Assembly (NCBI GenBank): GCA_050248855.1
Contig: JBFWRP010000001.1
Span: 160,001 to 224,000 of the forward strand
Length of the DNA stretch: 64,000 nt
Source: Planctomycetota bacterium
GTDB taxonomy: Bacteria > Planctomycetota > PLA2 > JAEUHO01
Reading direction: 5' to 3'
In this document: in pieces, positions 20,257 through 30,255 of the stretch
Layout of the letters: each line of letters begins with the position of its first letter
How positions within the stretch are numbered: position 1 is the first letter of the stretch
Translations under genes and position numbers: made by a program
Notes under the pieces: generated by a model
The model's database searches: none
What the model was told of the DNA's origin: nothing
The model's input: only the letters and a program-made list of their open reading frames with translations

Positions 20257-22025
20257 GGACGCTGGCTCCGCCACGCCTCGAGCCGCTGGCGCGTGGCGCC
20301 TAGGGCCTCGGGCCGGAAGTCGGCATGGTCAAGCTGCGGACGCTGCTGGCACCAGCGGATGCGCGCGTCGCCCGGAGGCAGCGTGGCGACGAAGCGCCCG
20401 ATGGCGTCGTAGGCGGCCTTGGCCACGATGCCCGACTCGTGCATCAGGTAGCGCCCGAGGATGTCGTCCGCGAACCGGTCCTTCAGCACGTCGTAGCCGT
20501 CCAGGGCCCGGGCCAACACCTCTTCCCCCTCGGGGCTCGCGAGCCAAGCCCGGTAGGCAGCGCGGTGCGCCTTCTCGTCGGCGTCGTCGGCCAGGCCGAG
20601 GCGGTGCTCGGCCAGCTGCAGGACGCCCAAGCGCGCGCTCGCGGCCACGTCGGCGTCGGGGTCGTCGTGCAGCAGGTGCACGACGGCGACCAGCGCACGG
20701 CGAGGGGCGCGGTCACGCAAACCGATCACCACGAGCCCGTCGAGCGCGGCCTGACGGACCCGCGCATCGTCGTCGGAGAGCGCGAGGCGCACGATGGGCA
20801 CCGTGCTGGTGCCGCCCACCTCGGCAAGTGCGCGCACGGCCACGGCGCGCACACCGGGAGCCGGCTCGGTCGTCGGGCCGACATGGCGCGCGATGCGGCG
20901 CATCGTGGCATCGTCCGGCGGCACGTCGCGGGTCAGCACCCAGTAGATCGCGCGCGCCCTGTCGTTCTCGTCCGGCGCGCTGTCCAGGATCTGCAGCACC
21001 TGCTCGAGCGTCGGCTCGGCACCCTCGGCGACCGCGGGCTTCAGGCGCTGCGCCTCCATCGTGCGGATGTCGGCCTCCAGATGCGCGCGGCGCTCCGGGT
21101 CCGTCTCCAAGCGCAGCAGCCCGCGCAGCGCGAAGAGGTAGTCGTCGAACCGCGGCGGCTCGGCCGGCTGCTTCTCGCGGCGGGCTTCCAGCGCCCGCAG
21201 GATGCCCACGAACGGCTGCCCCATGCTGGGGTTGGCGCGGGCCAGCGCACGGTAGGTGGCCACGCCCTCGTCGAAGCGACCCGTGGCGATCTGGATCTGG
21301 GCCAGCAGGTCCAGGTACGCCGGGTGGTCGGGCTGGGCGGCCAAGCCGGTCTGCAGGTAGCTCTCGGCCTCGGCGTGCCGCCCGACCTGCACGAGACCGC
21401 CGATCAGCTGCACGCGGGCCACGCCGTCGTCGGGGACCTGGCGCACGAGCACTTCGAGCTGCTTCACGGCCTCCTGCTGCTGGTTGCCCTCGAGGTAGAG
21501 GCGGACGAGCTTGCGACGTGCGTCGACGTAGCCTTCGTTGATGCGCAGCGCCTGCACGAGGTGGTCGAAGGCCGAACGCCGGCGGCGATCGACGCGACGC
21601 AGCTCGAGGACCGCGATGTCGTGGTGGGCGAAGTAGCAGCGCGGCTCGACCCGGAGGACGTCGGCGTAGGCGGAAAGGGCGCTGCCCAGGTCCCCCACGG
21701 CGATGCGGGCCAGGCGCTCGCGCTCGGATTCCGTCGTGGCCGCCTCCGCTTGGTCGCGGACGTCGCTGAAGCGCAGGCCGTACGCGCGCGCCAGGAGGTA
21801 CAGGTTGGGCACCGTCTCGGCGCGGCGGGCGCGAAGCCCCCACTCGCGGACCAGGGCATCGAGCTGCTTGTTGCGGCGCCGGTCGCGGTCCTGCTCCTCG
21901 ACGCCGGCGACGACGTCGCGCTCCCAGGGCAGACCCAGCAAGTACGAGCGCTCGGACTCCGCCGGCGCCGGCGAGGCACGGAGGAGGGCCAAGAACACCG
22001 CGGCACCGAGCAGCACGAGGAGCAC
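20253..22025 (-). CDS. Secreted TPR + HEAT-repeat protein
   Basis: Hydrophobic N-terminus, TPRs, ALSDDDARVRQAAL and LHDDPDADVAASA HEAT repeats. Confidence 0.7.
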   Translation of the reverse strand: MLLVLLGAAVFLALLRASPAPAESERSYLLGLPWERDVVAGVEEQDRDRRRNKQLDALVREWGLRARRAETVPNLYLLARAYGLRFSDVRDQAEAATTESERERLARIAVGDLGSALSAYADVLRVEPRCYFAHHDIAVLELRRVDRRRRSAFDHLVQALRINEGYVDARRKLVRLYLEGNQQQEAVKQLEVLVRQVPDDGVARVQLIGGLVQVGRHAEAESYLQTGLAAQPDHPAYLDLLAQIQIATGRFDEGVATYRALARANPSMGQPFVGILRALEARREKQPAEPPRFDDYLFALRGLLRLETDPERRAHLEADIRTMEAQRLKPAVAEGAEPTLEQVLQILDSAPDENDRARAIYWVLTRDVPPDDATMRRIARHVGPTTEPAPGVRAVAVRALAEVGGTSTVPIVRLALSDDDARVRQAALDGLVVIGLRDRAPRRALVAVVHLLHDDPDADVAASARLGVLQLAEHRLGLADDADEKAHRAAYRAWLASPEGEEVLARALDGYDVLKDRFADDILGRYLMHESGIVAKAAYDAIGRFVATLPPGDARIRWCQQRPQLDHADFRPEALGATRQRLEAWRSQRP

Positions 22026-22130
22026 GCGGGGACGGGCCGTGCGCGCGGGCGGGCGCGCGGACGGCGAACGGGGGGCATCCGTGGCGGACAGGGCGCGTCT
22101 CCAGCGGCCGGAAGCGGCCAGGGCGGCATC

Positions 22131-23378
22131 CTATCCCTCTACCGGGCACTCCCCCAGGACGTCCGCAAGGAACCACGGATCGCTCTTGGCAGCCGCGGAG
22201 GCCCCTTCCAGACGCACACCCGGGACGTGGCGCGCCAAGACGGCGAACGCAAAGGCCAAGCGGTGGTCCCCGGCCACGGAGACGGCGCCTCCGTGCAGGT
22301 CGCGACCGCGAACCACGAGGCCGTCGTCGGTCACCGTCGCGTCGCCGCCCAGCGCGGCAAGACCGCGCGCCACGCTCCTGCGCCGGTCCGTCTCCTTGTG
22401 GCGCAGGTGGGGCGCTCCCACGAAGCGGGTCGTGCCCTCCGCGGTCGCGGCGAGCACGGCGAGCACCGGGAGCAGGTCCGGTGCGGCGCCGAGGTCGACT
22501 TCGCCCGGAGCCCGCAAACGGTGGCCGGGCCCGGTCACGCGCACGTGCCCCGCGGCGTCGGCATCCACCCGGGCCCCCATCGCCTCGAGGATGTCGAGCA
22601 CGAGGAGATCGGGCTGGCTTCCGTCCCGCGCGAGGCCGGGCACCGTGACGCCCTCGCCGCACAGCGCCGCGGCCGCGTAGCGGCCCGCGGCCGCGCTCGC
22701 GTCCGGCGGGATCGCCACGCTCCGGGCGCGCGGCTCCGCGCCCGCCACGGTCACGAGCATGTCGTGGCCGCGCGTCTCGCAGGCGCTCGGCACGCCGAAG
22801 GCGCGTAGCGCCCCCCGGGTGAGCTCCACGTAGCTCTCCGAGACGCATGGGCCCCGCACCACGATCTGCAGGCCGCCGAGGCGCGGCGCGATGAGCGCCA
22901 AGGCCGAGGCGTACTGGCTGCTGCGCGTCCCGTCGACGTCGACACGCCCGCCGCGCACGCCGCCGGCGATCACGCGGAAGCTGCCCGAGGCGCGCCGTCG
23001 GACGTGCGCGCCAAGGCGCTCGAGGGCGAGGCGCAGCGGTCGATGCGGACGGCGCAGCAGGGCCGGCCGGCCCGTGACGAGCGTGCGGGCGCCGGCGGGC
23101 CGCAAGACGGCCAGCGCCGTCGCCAGCCGGAAGCCCGTGGCACCGAGCCCCAGATCGAGCCGCAGGCTGTGGCGGCCGCACCCCAGGGCCCCGTCCGTCC
23201 ATGCCCCCAGGGCAGACAGTGCGCCGGCCAAGCGCTGGACGTCGTCTCCGGGCGGGGCGTCGCCCTGGCGCACGATGCGTGGAGGCTCCGCGCAGAGTGC
23301 CGCCAGGACGCGCACGCGTTGCTCGATCGACTTGCTCGCCGGGACGTGCACGCCGAGCGGGAGACGAGGAGAACCCAC
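22131..23378 (-). CDS. aroA: 3-phosphoshikimate 1-carboxyvinyltransferase (divergent)
   Basis: PASKSI, LLRRP, SSQYASAL, PDASAA, PDLLP, LRHKETDR, GDHRLA; start uncertain (GTG 23378). Confidence 0.88.
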   Translation of the reverse strand: MGSPRLPLGVHVPASKSIEQRVRVLAALCAEPPRIVRQGDAPPGDDVQRLAGALSALGAWTDGALGCGRHSLRLDLGLGATGFRLATALAVLRPAGARTLVTGRPALLRRPHRPLRLALERLGAHVRRRASGSFRVIAGGVRGGRVDVDGTRSSQYASALALIAPRLGGLQIVVRGPCVSESYVELTRGALRAFGVPSACETRGHDMLVTVAGAEPRARSVAIPPDASAAAGRYAAAALCGEGVTVPGLARDGSQPDLLVLDILEAMGARVDADAAGHVRVTGPGHRLRAPGEVDLGAAPDLLPVLAVLAATAEGTTRFVGAPHLRHKETDRRRSVARGLAALGGDATVTDDGLVVRGRDLHGGAVSVAGDHRLAFAFAVLARHVPGVRLEGASAAAKSDPWFLADVLGECPVEG

Positions 23379-23520
23379 GGCGCCAGCATGGGCGCGGCAC
23401 CGAGGAAGCGGGAGCCTTTCGCCGCGCGTGCCCACGCAATCCGGACGCACCCTCCCGCGGGGGCTTCGGGCGGGACCATGCCTCGCTACCATCCGGCGCA
23501 CCACGTTGGCGGAGGGACCC

Positions 23521-24438
23521 ATGACGAGTGCGTTGGCGACCACGGACCTGGAGGGCTTGCGCTGCGTGAGCCGCGGCAAGGTGCGCGACATCTACGAGGT
23601 CGGCAACGACCTGCTGCTGGTCGCAACGGACCGCATCAGCGCCTACGACGTGATCCTCGACCCGCCGATTCCCGACAAGGGACGCGTCCTCACGCAGATC
23701 TCGCTCTTCTGGTTCGCGACGTTGCGCGATGTCGTGCCCCACCACGTGCTCGAAGCGGACGTCCGCAAGATGCCCGCCCCCGTGGCGAAGCACGCCGACG
23801 TCCTGCGCGGTCGCGCCTTGCTCGTGCGCCGCTTGCAGATGCTCCCCGTGGAGTGCGTGGCCCGCGGCTACCTGGTGGGCAGCGGCTGGAAGGACTACAA
23901 GGCCAGCGGCGCCGTGTGCGGCCATGCGCTTCCCGCGGGCCTGGCCCAGGCCGCCCGCCTGGATCCGCCGCTGTTCACGCCCGCGACCAAGGCGGAGACG
24001 GGCCACGACGAGAACATCGACATCGAGCGCGCGGGCCAGATCATCGGCATGGAGCGCGCCCGCGAGCTGGAAGCGAAGACGCTGGAGCTCTACGCCCGGG
24101 CCCGGGAGATCGCGGCGGAGCGGGGCGTGATCATCGCGGACACCAAGCTCGAGTTCGGACTGGACGAAGCCGGTACGTTGGTGCTCGGCGACGAGGCCTT
24201 CACGCCGGACAGCAGCCGTTTCTGGGACGTTGCCGACTGGCGCGAAGGCCAGAGCCCCAAGAGCTTCGACAAGCAGCTCGTGCGCGACTGGCTCGATGCC
24301 TCGGGCTGGGACCACGAGCCGCCGGCGCCGCGCCTCGCGGCCGAGATCGTGGCCCGGACGACGGCCACCTACCGCGAGATCTTCACGCGCATCACGGGCC
24401 GCGACCTCGACGAGGCCGTCGCCAACCCGACGTTTTGA
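23521..24438 (+). CDS. purC: SAICAR synthetase
   Basis: RGKVRDIY, ATDRISAYD, ECVARGYLVGSG, FTPATKA, IADTKLEFG, TPDSSRFW, SFDKQ; SD GGAGG. Confidence 0.97.
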   Translation: MTSALATTDLEGLRCVSRGKVRDIYEVGNDLLLVATDRISAYDVILDPPIPDKGRVLTQISLFWFATLRDVVPHHVLEADVRKMPAPVAKHADVLRGRALLVRRLQMLPVECVARGYLVGSGWKDYKASGAVCGHALPAGLAQAARLDPPLFTPATKAETGHDENIDIERAGQIIGMERARELEAKTLELYARAREIAAERGVIIADTKLEFGLDEAGTLVLGDEAFTPDSSRFWDVADWREGQSPKSFDKQLVRDWLDASGWDHEPPAPRLAAEIVARTTATYREIFTRITGRDLDEAVANPTF

Positions 24439-24567
24439 CGAACACGGGCTCGCCAGCGCCCGGCAACGCTCGCGTCCTGCGTGTTCAGGGCTCGGGGGGC
24501 CGCCGCCGATAGGGGTTGCGAGGTTGGGGCCGCGGCGGCTCCACGCATCCCCCGCCGGGGCGCGCGC

Positions 24568-27500
24568 ATGGCACTGCAGGGCTCACTTGGACATCTCGGG
24601 CTGGCCGACCTGTTGCAGACGGGTCTGGCGGGCCAGGCCGCCGGCCTGCTCACGATGCGCAACGGCGCGGGTCGGGCCTCGCTCTACGTGGGCACCGATG
24701 GTCTCACGCTGCTCGAGCCCGACGTCCTGGACGCGGAGGACCTCATCCACGCGTTCATCCTCCGCGGCGTCCTGTCCGCCGAGGCCGTGGAGCAGGAACG
24801 CGGCGCAGGCCTGTCGGGCCTCCCCTTGATCGATGCCCTCGTGGGCCGGGGCGAGCTGCGCGAGGCCGACCTCACGGATGTCCTGGCCGGCTGGGCCGAG
24901 GACACGATCCTCGATCTCCTCACGTGGGACGAGGGCGACTTCCGCTTCGCCGAGGGCCCGCTCGAACAGCGTCGGCCGGGCCTGGTGTGCCGAACCACGG
25001 TCGACTCGGGCGCCGTCCTGCTGCGGGCGGCGCAGCGCCTCGACGAGCGCAACGAGATCGCGTCGTCCCTCGGCTACCACGCGGCGCTGGTGATCGGCTT
25101 GCCCGGCGTGCCCGTGGCACCGCAGCACATGGGCGACCCCGGGCCGCGCATGCAGCCCCTCCTCGACGGCGAACGGACCATCGACGAGGTCGCGCTCCTG
25201 CTGGGCATCGGACGCTTCGCCGCCCTCAAGGCCGCGCACGCGCTCATCCTGGCCGGAGGTGCCCGCCTGCCGAGCGCCGAAGAGCTGGCCACGTGCGTGG
25301 AGAAGCGCCTGGCCGACCACGGCTACCGCGCGTCCCGCGGGCTCGTGCTGCAGTGGCTCGAGATGGGCGGCCCGACGCCGCGCGCCTACGAGTCGCTGGC
25401 CCTGATTGCGCAAGCGTGCGGCCGGACCGAGGAGGAAATCGACGCGCTGCGGATGCTGGCGCAGCTCCGCACCTCGTCGGGCTCTCCCGGCGCGGCTCTC
25501 GGCACGCTCCGCGATGCGCTGATCCGTTACCCCAACCATCCGCTCTTGCTGCAGACGCTGCGCGACGCCGCGGAGGCCGCGGGCGACGTCGCCGCCTACG
25601 TCGACAGCACGCTGCGCATGGCGGAGAACGCGCTCCACGACGCGCAAGGCGAACGCGCCGTCGCGCTGCTCGAGCCACTCGTGACGGCCCAGCCCGAGGC
25701 CCTGGGCGTGCGCACGCTCCACGCCAAGGCGCTCGAACGCTGCGGTCGCATCGAGGAGCTCGTGGCCGCGACGCAGGACGTGGCCCGCCGGATCGGCCGT
25801 CGCTGCCGCACGCGCGAAGAGCGCGATGCAGCCCGCACGTTCGCGGACATGATCGATCGCAGCGCGCCCGAGCGCCCCGAGATCAGCCGCCGCCTGCGGT
25901 CCGCCCTCGAGCGCAGCGACAGCAAGCCGCGGCGTCTGGCCCTGGTGGGCTCGCTCCTCGCCATCCTGGCGGTGGCCGGCATCGTGCTCTGGCCGCCGAG
26001 CGCCGAGAGCCTCCTCGAGCGCGCGACCGTGGCGCTCGACGCCGGACGACGCGCGGAGGCGCAGGAGCTGCTCGACGAGCTCATCGAGCGCTACCCGGAC
26101 AGCGCCGAGGCCGAGAGCGCCTTCCAGCTGCAGGCCCGCCTCACGCGTCCCGCCCAGCCGCGCACGACCACGTCCGCCATGGACCGGGCGCTGCGCGAGA
26201 AGCTCGAGAGCGACGCCGTGGCCGCGCAGGCCGCGCTGGGCCAGCTGCCCGCGGCCGAGGCGTGTACCCGACTGGAGACGTTCGCCGAGGACCTGGCCAA
26301 GGAAGAGGCCTCCTCGCTGCGCCCGAACGTGCTCAAGGAGCTGCGCCGCTACCTCGCGCGCGCCATGCACGATCTCTCGCGCGATGCGCGGAGCCGCGCC
26401 GAGGTCCTCGCCCAGGCGGCCAAGGTCGCCGCGTCCCAGGCCAAGGACGAGGGCCTGCTGCGCAAGTACCTCGCCGAGGCTGCCGACGCCGGGGACCCGA
26501 CCTGGACCAAGGGTCTCGACGCGGCGTTGGAGGTCCTCGCCAGCTTCGTCGAGATGGAAGGCACCGCCACGCTGCACCAGCTCCACACGGATCTTGGCGG
26601 ACACGCAAGGCGCCTCTCCAGCGCCGTGGCCGGAAACCAGGAAGGGCTGGACGCCTGCCACCGCGCCGTGCTCGCCCTCGAGATCGACGAGGCCTACCGC
26701 AAGGCGTCCCAAGACGGCATTCGCGAGCTGACGTACGGTCGCCTCGAGACTGCGGAAGAGCTCTACGCCAACCTCGAGACGCTGGTCCGGAAGGCGGCCT
26801 CCGAGCCACGCTTCGAGCCGCTCTACAAGGAGCTCGAGCGCCAGCGGATCCCCGGCTGGATCGACAGCAAGCGTCAGCTGATCACGACGATCGGACAGCG
26901 CGTTCGCGAAGGTCGCACGCACGAGAACAACGGCCAGCTGGCCGCCGCGTCCCAGGCGTACGCGAGCCTGCTGGGCACCTTCGACACGTTCAAGCTGGAG
27001 CGCTTGGCCCCGCTGCCCCTGCAGGTGCTCAGCGACCCGCCGGGCGCCGTGGTGGAAGTCAACGGCAAGCGCGAAGGCGTCACGCCGCTCGTCACGCACT
27101 ACCTCTGGGGCACGCCCGTGACGGTGCGCGTGCTGGCCACGGGCTACGTGCCGTTCGAGCAGATCCTGGACTCGGGCGGCGCCAAGCCCGACTGGCAGGT
27201 GGAGGCACGCCTGGCCCCCCAGCCTCGCTGGGCCGTACGCGGCGAGCGCACCATCGACTGCGCCCCGGTCGAAGCCGACGGCAACGTGCTCACCGCCAGC
27301 CGTGGCGGGCGGCTCACCATGTACAACGGCGGCACGGGCTCGATCCTCTGGACGCGTGCCCTGGACACGCTGGAGGGCATCCGGTTCCGTCCTGCGTACG
27401 TCCCCGGACGGCTCTACGTGATCCTCGTCGACGGCACCGTGCACCTCATCGACCCGCGCGACGGCGCCCCCAACGGCCGCCTGTCCCTCGACCGGCCGAC

Positions 27501-28194
27501 GGGCGATCCCGACGTCACGGGCGATGTCGTCGCCGTCCCCACGCGCAGCGGCAAGCTGGTCTTGCTGCGACATGGCTCCATCGAGCGCGAGATCAGCCTC
27601 CCGGCCCCGCCGAGCACCAACGTGGTCGCGGCGCACGGTGCCTTCTGGGTGGGCCTGGGCGACGGGCGGGTGGCGCGCGTGCACGTCACGACCGGCCGCC
27701 TCACGGTGGAGCGGATCGGTGATGCCGGCACGAGCGTGCGCGCGCTCGGCGGCGCCACGACCGGTGTCGCCGCCATCACCACCATGGGTGACGTCGCATT
27801 CGTCGGCGCCGATGGACGTCGACGCTGGGTCGTGACGGGCCAGGGCGACCTGCCGGGCCGTCCGGCGGTCGTGGGCGGCTACCTCGGCGTGATCGAGCGC
27901 AAGGGGCGCCTCCTGGTCTTCGACCTGGAGACCGGACAGCTCACGGGAACCTCCGAGCTGGTCGGCACGGCCCCGCACGGTCTCCTCGGCGTGGACGACG
28001 TGTTCCTCGCCGCCCTCGATGACGGCCGTCTCATGGCCATCGAGCCCGAAGGCCCCCACGTGCGCGTGGAGTCGGACATCGGCTCGACGTCACCGCTGCC
28101 GCCGGCCCGCATCGGGGCCGACCATCTCGTCGTCGCCCTGGCCGACGACGAGATCGGGCTCGTCCCCGTCCCCCGCCGCCCCGACGCCGAGTGA
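24568..28194 (+). CDS. DUF4388 + TPR + TM + PEGA + PQQ-like beta-propeller protein
   Basis: MALQGSLGHLGLADLLQ...LLTWDEGDFRF (DUF4388), TM LALVGSLLAILAVAGIVLW, SDPPGAVVEVNGKREGVTPL (PEGA), TGSILW and DLETGQ propeller blades. Confidence 0.8.
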   Translation: MALQGSLGHLGLADLLQTGLAGQAAGLLTMRNGAGRASLYVGTDGLTLLEPDVLDAEDLIHAFILRGVLSAEAVEQERGAGLSGLPLIDALVGRGELREADLTDVLAGWAEDTILDLLTWDEGDFRFAEGPLEQRRPGLVCRTTVDSGAVLLRAAQRLDERNEIASSLGYHAALVIGLPGVPVAPQHMGDPGPRMQPLLDGERTIDEVALLLGIGRFAALKAAHALILAGGARLPSAEELATCVEKRLADHGYRASRGLVLQWLEMGGPTPRAYESLALIAQACGRTEEEIDALRMLAQLRTSSGSPGAALGTLRDALIRYPNHPLLLQTLRDAAEAAGDVAAYVDSTLRMAENALHDAQGERAVALLEPLVTAQPEALGVRTLHAKALERCGRIEELVAATQDVARRIGRRCRTREERDAARTFADMIDRSAPERPEISRRLRSALERSDSKPRRLALVGSLLAILAVAGIVLWPPSAESLLERATVALDAGRRAEAQELLDELIERYPDSAEAESAFQLQARLTRPAQPRTTTSAMDRALREKLESDAVAAQAALGQLPAAEACTRLETFAEDLAKEEASSLRPNVLKELRRYLARAMHDLSRDARSRAEVLAQAAKVAASQAKDEGLLRKYLAEAADAGDPTWTKGLDAALEVLASFVEMEGTATLHQLHTDLGGHARRLSSAVAGNQEGLDACHRAVLALEIDEAYRKASQDGIRELTYGRLETAEELYANLETLVRKAASEPRFEPLYKELERQRIPGWIDSKRQLITTIGQRVREGRTHENNGQLAAASQAYASLLGTFDTFKLERLAPLPLQVLSDPPGAVVEVNGKREGVTPLVTHYLWGTPVTVRVLATGYVPFEQILDSGGAKPDWQVEARLAPQPRWAVRGERTIDCAPVEADGNVLTASRGGRLTMYNGGTGSILWTRALDTLEGIRFRPAYVPGRLYVILVDGTVHLIDPRDGAPNGRLSLDRPTGDPDVTGDVVAVPTRSGKLVLLRHGSIEREISLPAPPSTNVVAAHGAFWVGLGDGRVARVHVTTGRLTVERIGDAGTSVRALGGATTGVAAITTMGDVAFVGADGRRRWVVTGQGDLPGRPAVVGGYLGVIERKGRLLVFDLETGQLTGTSELVGTAPHGLLGVDDVFLAALDDGRLMAIEPEGPHVRVESDIGSTSPLPPARIGADHLVVALADDEIGLVPVPRRPDAE

Positions 28195-28204
28195 CCCCAG
28201 AAAA

Positions 28205-28412
28205 CGAGCCGGGTGAGATTCCTACTTCACGCCCCCGTCCGCATCCGCATCGCGGAGCGCATCCCGGCGTGAAGTTGGAATCTCACCTGGCTCGGTACGG
28301 TCCCGTCCAAGCCACGGACCACTCCCGCCGCAAGCACGTCCCGCATCGCGGAGCGCATCCCGGCGTGAAGCTGGAATCTCACCTGGCTCGGTACGGTCCC
28401 GTCCACGCCACG
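28205..28412. repeat. REP/BIME-like cluster: 72-bp direct repeat x2 (period 96) plus an inverted 29-bp core
   Basis: 28245-28316 matches 28341-28412 with 2 mismatches. Core ggcgtgaag(t/c)tggaatctcacctggctcg at 28266-28294 and 28362-28390; inverted copy at 28205-28233. Confidence 0.85.
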
Positions 28413-28428
28413 TAGTACCTGGGCGGCT

Positions 28429-30255
28429 CTACCTCCCCGCATCCCGCACGTCGACCACCAGCAGGAGCACGTGGCCCCCGCGGACGGCGACGGCGGCGAT
28501 GAGGGGCTCGGCGCCCGAAGCCGCAACGGCGTGCCGGGCGGAGAGGTTGGTGCCTCCCCCGCCGACGAGGGCCAGCTGCACGCGCTCACCGCTCGGGCGG
28601 CGAAGCGCAAGCTGCCCGCCCCCGGGCGACGCCCACGTCGCCTCGGCCCGCACGTCGAGCACGCGCCCGGTCCCGGCGCGTTCCAGCGAGACGGACCCGA
28701 ACACGCCGTCGAACAGCGACCACGTCAGCGTGCTGAAGCCCGCGGCCTTCTCGGCGACTTCGGTGTCGAGGTCGATGAGTCCGGGCACGCTCTCGCCCAG
28801 GCGGAAGCTGCTGCGCAACCCCATCACGGACGGGAAGGCCTGGCCCGCCACCAGCACGGCGCCTTCGGCCTCGAGCGATGCGCGGCGTGCAGCTGGCAAG
28901 GGAAGTCCCGGGGCCAAGACGCCCATCCCCCCCGCCGCGCGCCACGTCTCCTCCGGAACGGCGAGCAGGTCGACGCGCGCGTCCAGGCCGCCGAGGTCCT
29001 CCTGCTCGGCGCGGAAGAGTGCCTGCCGGACGTTCTCGAGCAGCTCCGCGGGTCCTCGCAGGATCCCGGCGCCGGTCGTGGTCATGCCCCAGCTCGCGTT
29101 CTCCTGCAGCAAGCCCTCCGGATCGGCCGTCTGCACATAGCGCGCAAGGTGCTCCTCCAGGTCCACGTCGTACACCTCGCGGGCACCCAGCTCCAGCCGT
29201 CCGTGGCGGGCGCCCAGGCGCAGGGCCAGGCACTTGTGGTCGTCGCGCCCCTCGGCCATCGCGGGCGGCTCGCCGGGTGTGCTCACGGCGAGACGCAGCT
29301 GCTCGACCGTGTCGCCTCGGCGCCAGGTCACCACGCGCTCCTCGCGCCGTCCGTTGGGCAGGACGAACCCCGTACCGACCCGGCGCACCCGCGTGGTCGG
29401 CAACGTCAGCGTCGTGAGCTCGCTGGCGCGAAGCGGCCCCTGCAGACCCGCCACGTCGATGCGTGCCGTCTCGAGGTGCTCGACTTCGCCGACCCACAGC
29501 TCGACCACGCTGCGCGTCTCACCGGGCAACAGGCGGGCGTAGATCTCGTGGCCCTCCACGAGGTTGGCCACGAGCGGGTCGAGCACGACGCTGTCCTGCG
29601 CGATCTCCACGTGGGAGCCCACCACGCAAGGCAGCTCCTCCTTGACGAACGCGACAGGTACCCAGCGCCCCGGCAGGAGCAACGCGCGCCCCACGGCCCG
29701 CACGGAGGTCTCCGGGGCCACGCGTTCGAGCACGGCGTCGATGCGGCCCGTGGGAAACAAGGCCGAGAAGCACCACGCGGCTTGCCGACGCGCCTCGTCG
29801 GCCAGGCTCGCCGGCACCCGTACGAACGCCTTGTCGCCGACGACGTCGATGCCGGCCCCATCCGTCATCTCGAACGCGGCTGCAAGCGGGTGGGAGGCCT
29901 CCCGCAACAGCTCGCACCACTCGTCGGGCGAAGCCGCCCAGCGCTCGCCGTCCGGTTGCATCTCGAACGGCACGAACGGCGTGCGCTCGTCGGCGGGATC
30001 CTGGTTCCACGTCGCGACGATCCCCTCGGCCACCTCGGCGCGCGCGATGAGATCGGCGGGCGTCGCCAAGTTGGGGCCGCGTACGGGAGGCGGTCCCACC
30101 AGCGGCCCCAGGTCGAACACGAGCGTGACCAGGGGGTCCCGCGCGGGCTCTTGCTCGTCGCCGTCCGGCCAAGCGGCCGCGCCGCCGGCGACGACGAGCA
30201 CCCAGGTCGCCAAGAGGGTCGGCAGCATCCGGTGCGTGAGGCGAGGGGAACGCAT
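28429..30255 (-). CDS. Secreted hypothetical protein with two internal secretin-like repeats
   Basis: Signal peptide; paired motifs SHVEIAQDSVVLDPLVANLVEG and DLDTEVAEKAAGFSTLTWSLFDG. Confidence 0.55.
   Translation of the reverse strand: MRSPRLTHRMLPTLLATWVLVVAGGAAAWPDGDEQEPARDPLVTLVFDLGPLVGPPPVRGPNLATPADLIARAEVAEGIVATWNQDPADERTPFVPFEMQPDGERWAASPDEWCELLREASHPLAAAFEMTDGAGIDVVGDKAFVRVPASLADEARRQAAWCFSALFPTGRIDAVLERVAPETSVRAVGRALLLPGRWVPVAFVKEELPCVVGSHVEIAQDSVVLDPLVANLVEGHEIYARLLPGETRSVVELWVGEVEHLETARIDVAGLQGPLRASELTTLTLPTTRVRRVGTGFVLPNGRREERVVTWRRGDTVEQLRLAVSTPGEPPAMAEGRDDHKCLALRLGARHGRLELGAREVYDVDLEEHLARYVQTADPEGLLQENASWGMTTTGAGILRGPAELLENVRQALFRAEQEDLGGLDARVDLLAVPEETWRAAGGMGVLAPGLPLPAARRASLEAEGAVLVAGQAFPSVMGLRSSFRLGESVPGLIDLDTEVAEKAAGFSTLTWSLFDGVFGSVSLERAGTGRVLDVRAEATWASPGGGQLALRRPSGERVQLALVGGGGTNLSARHAVAASGAEPLIAAVAVRGGHVLLLVVDVRDAGR

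Noticed and set aside
24583..28059. Very long alternate-frame or antisense ORFs (e.g. 24583..28059, 20713..24315, 51592..54783, upstream part of 60147..63863)
   Set aside because: Expected in high-GC DNA. They are Arg/Gly/Pro-rich or mirror real genes, and carry no motifs.
28205..28412. Possible mini CRISPR array (also considered for 36010-36147)
   Set aside because: Only two direct copies, the sequence between cores is itself largely repeated, one copy is inverted, and there are no cas genes.
28191..28415. 74-aa ORF with a duplicated peptide (PHRGAHPGVKLESHLARYGPV)
   Set aside because: It is a by-product of the 96-bp-period DNA repeat. The inverted copy indicates a nucleic-acid-level element.
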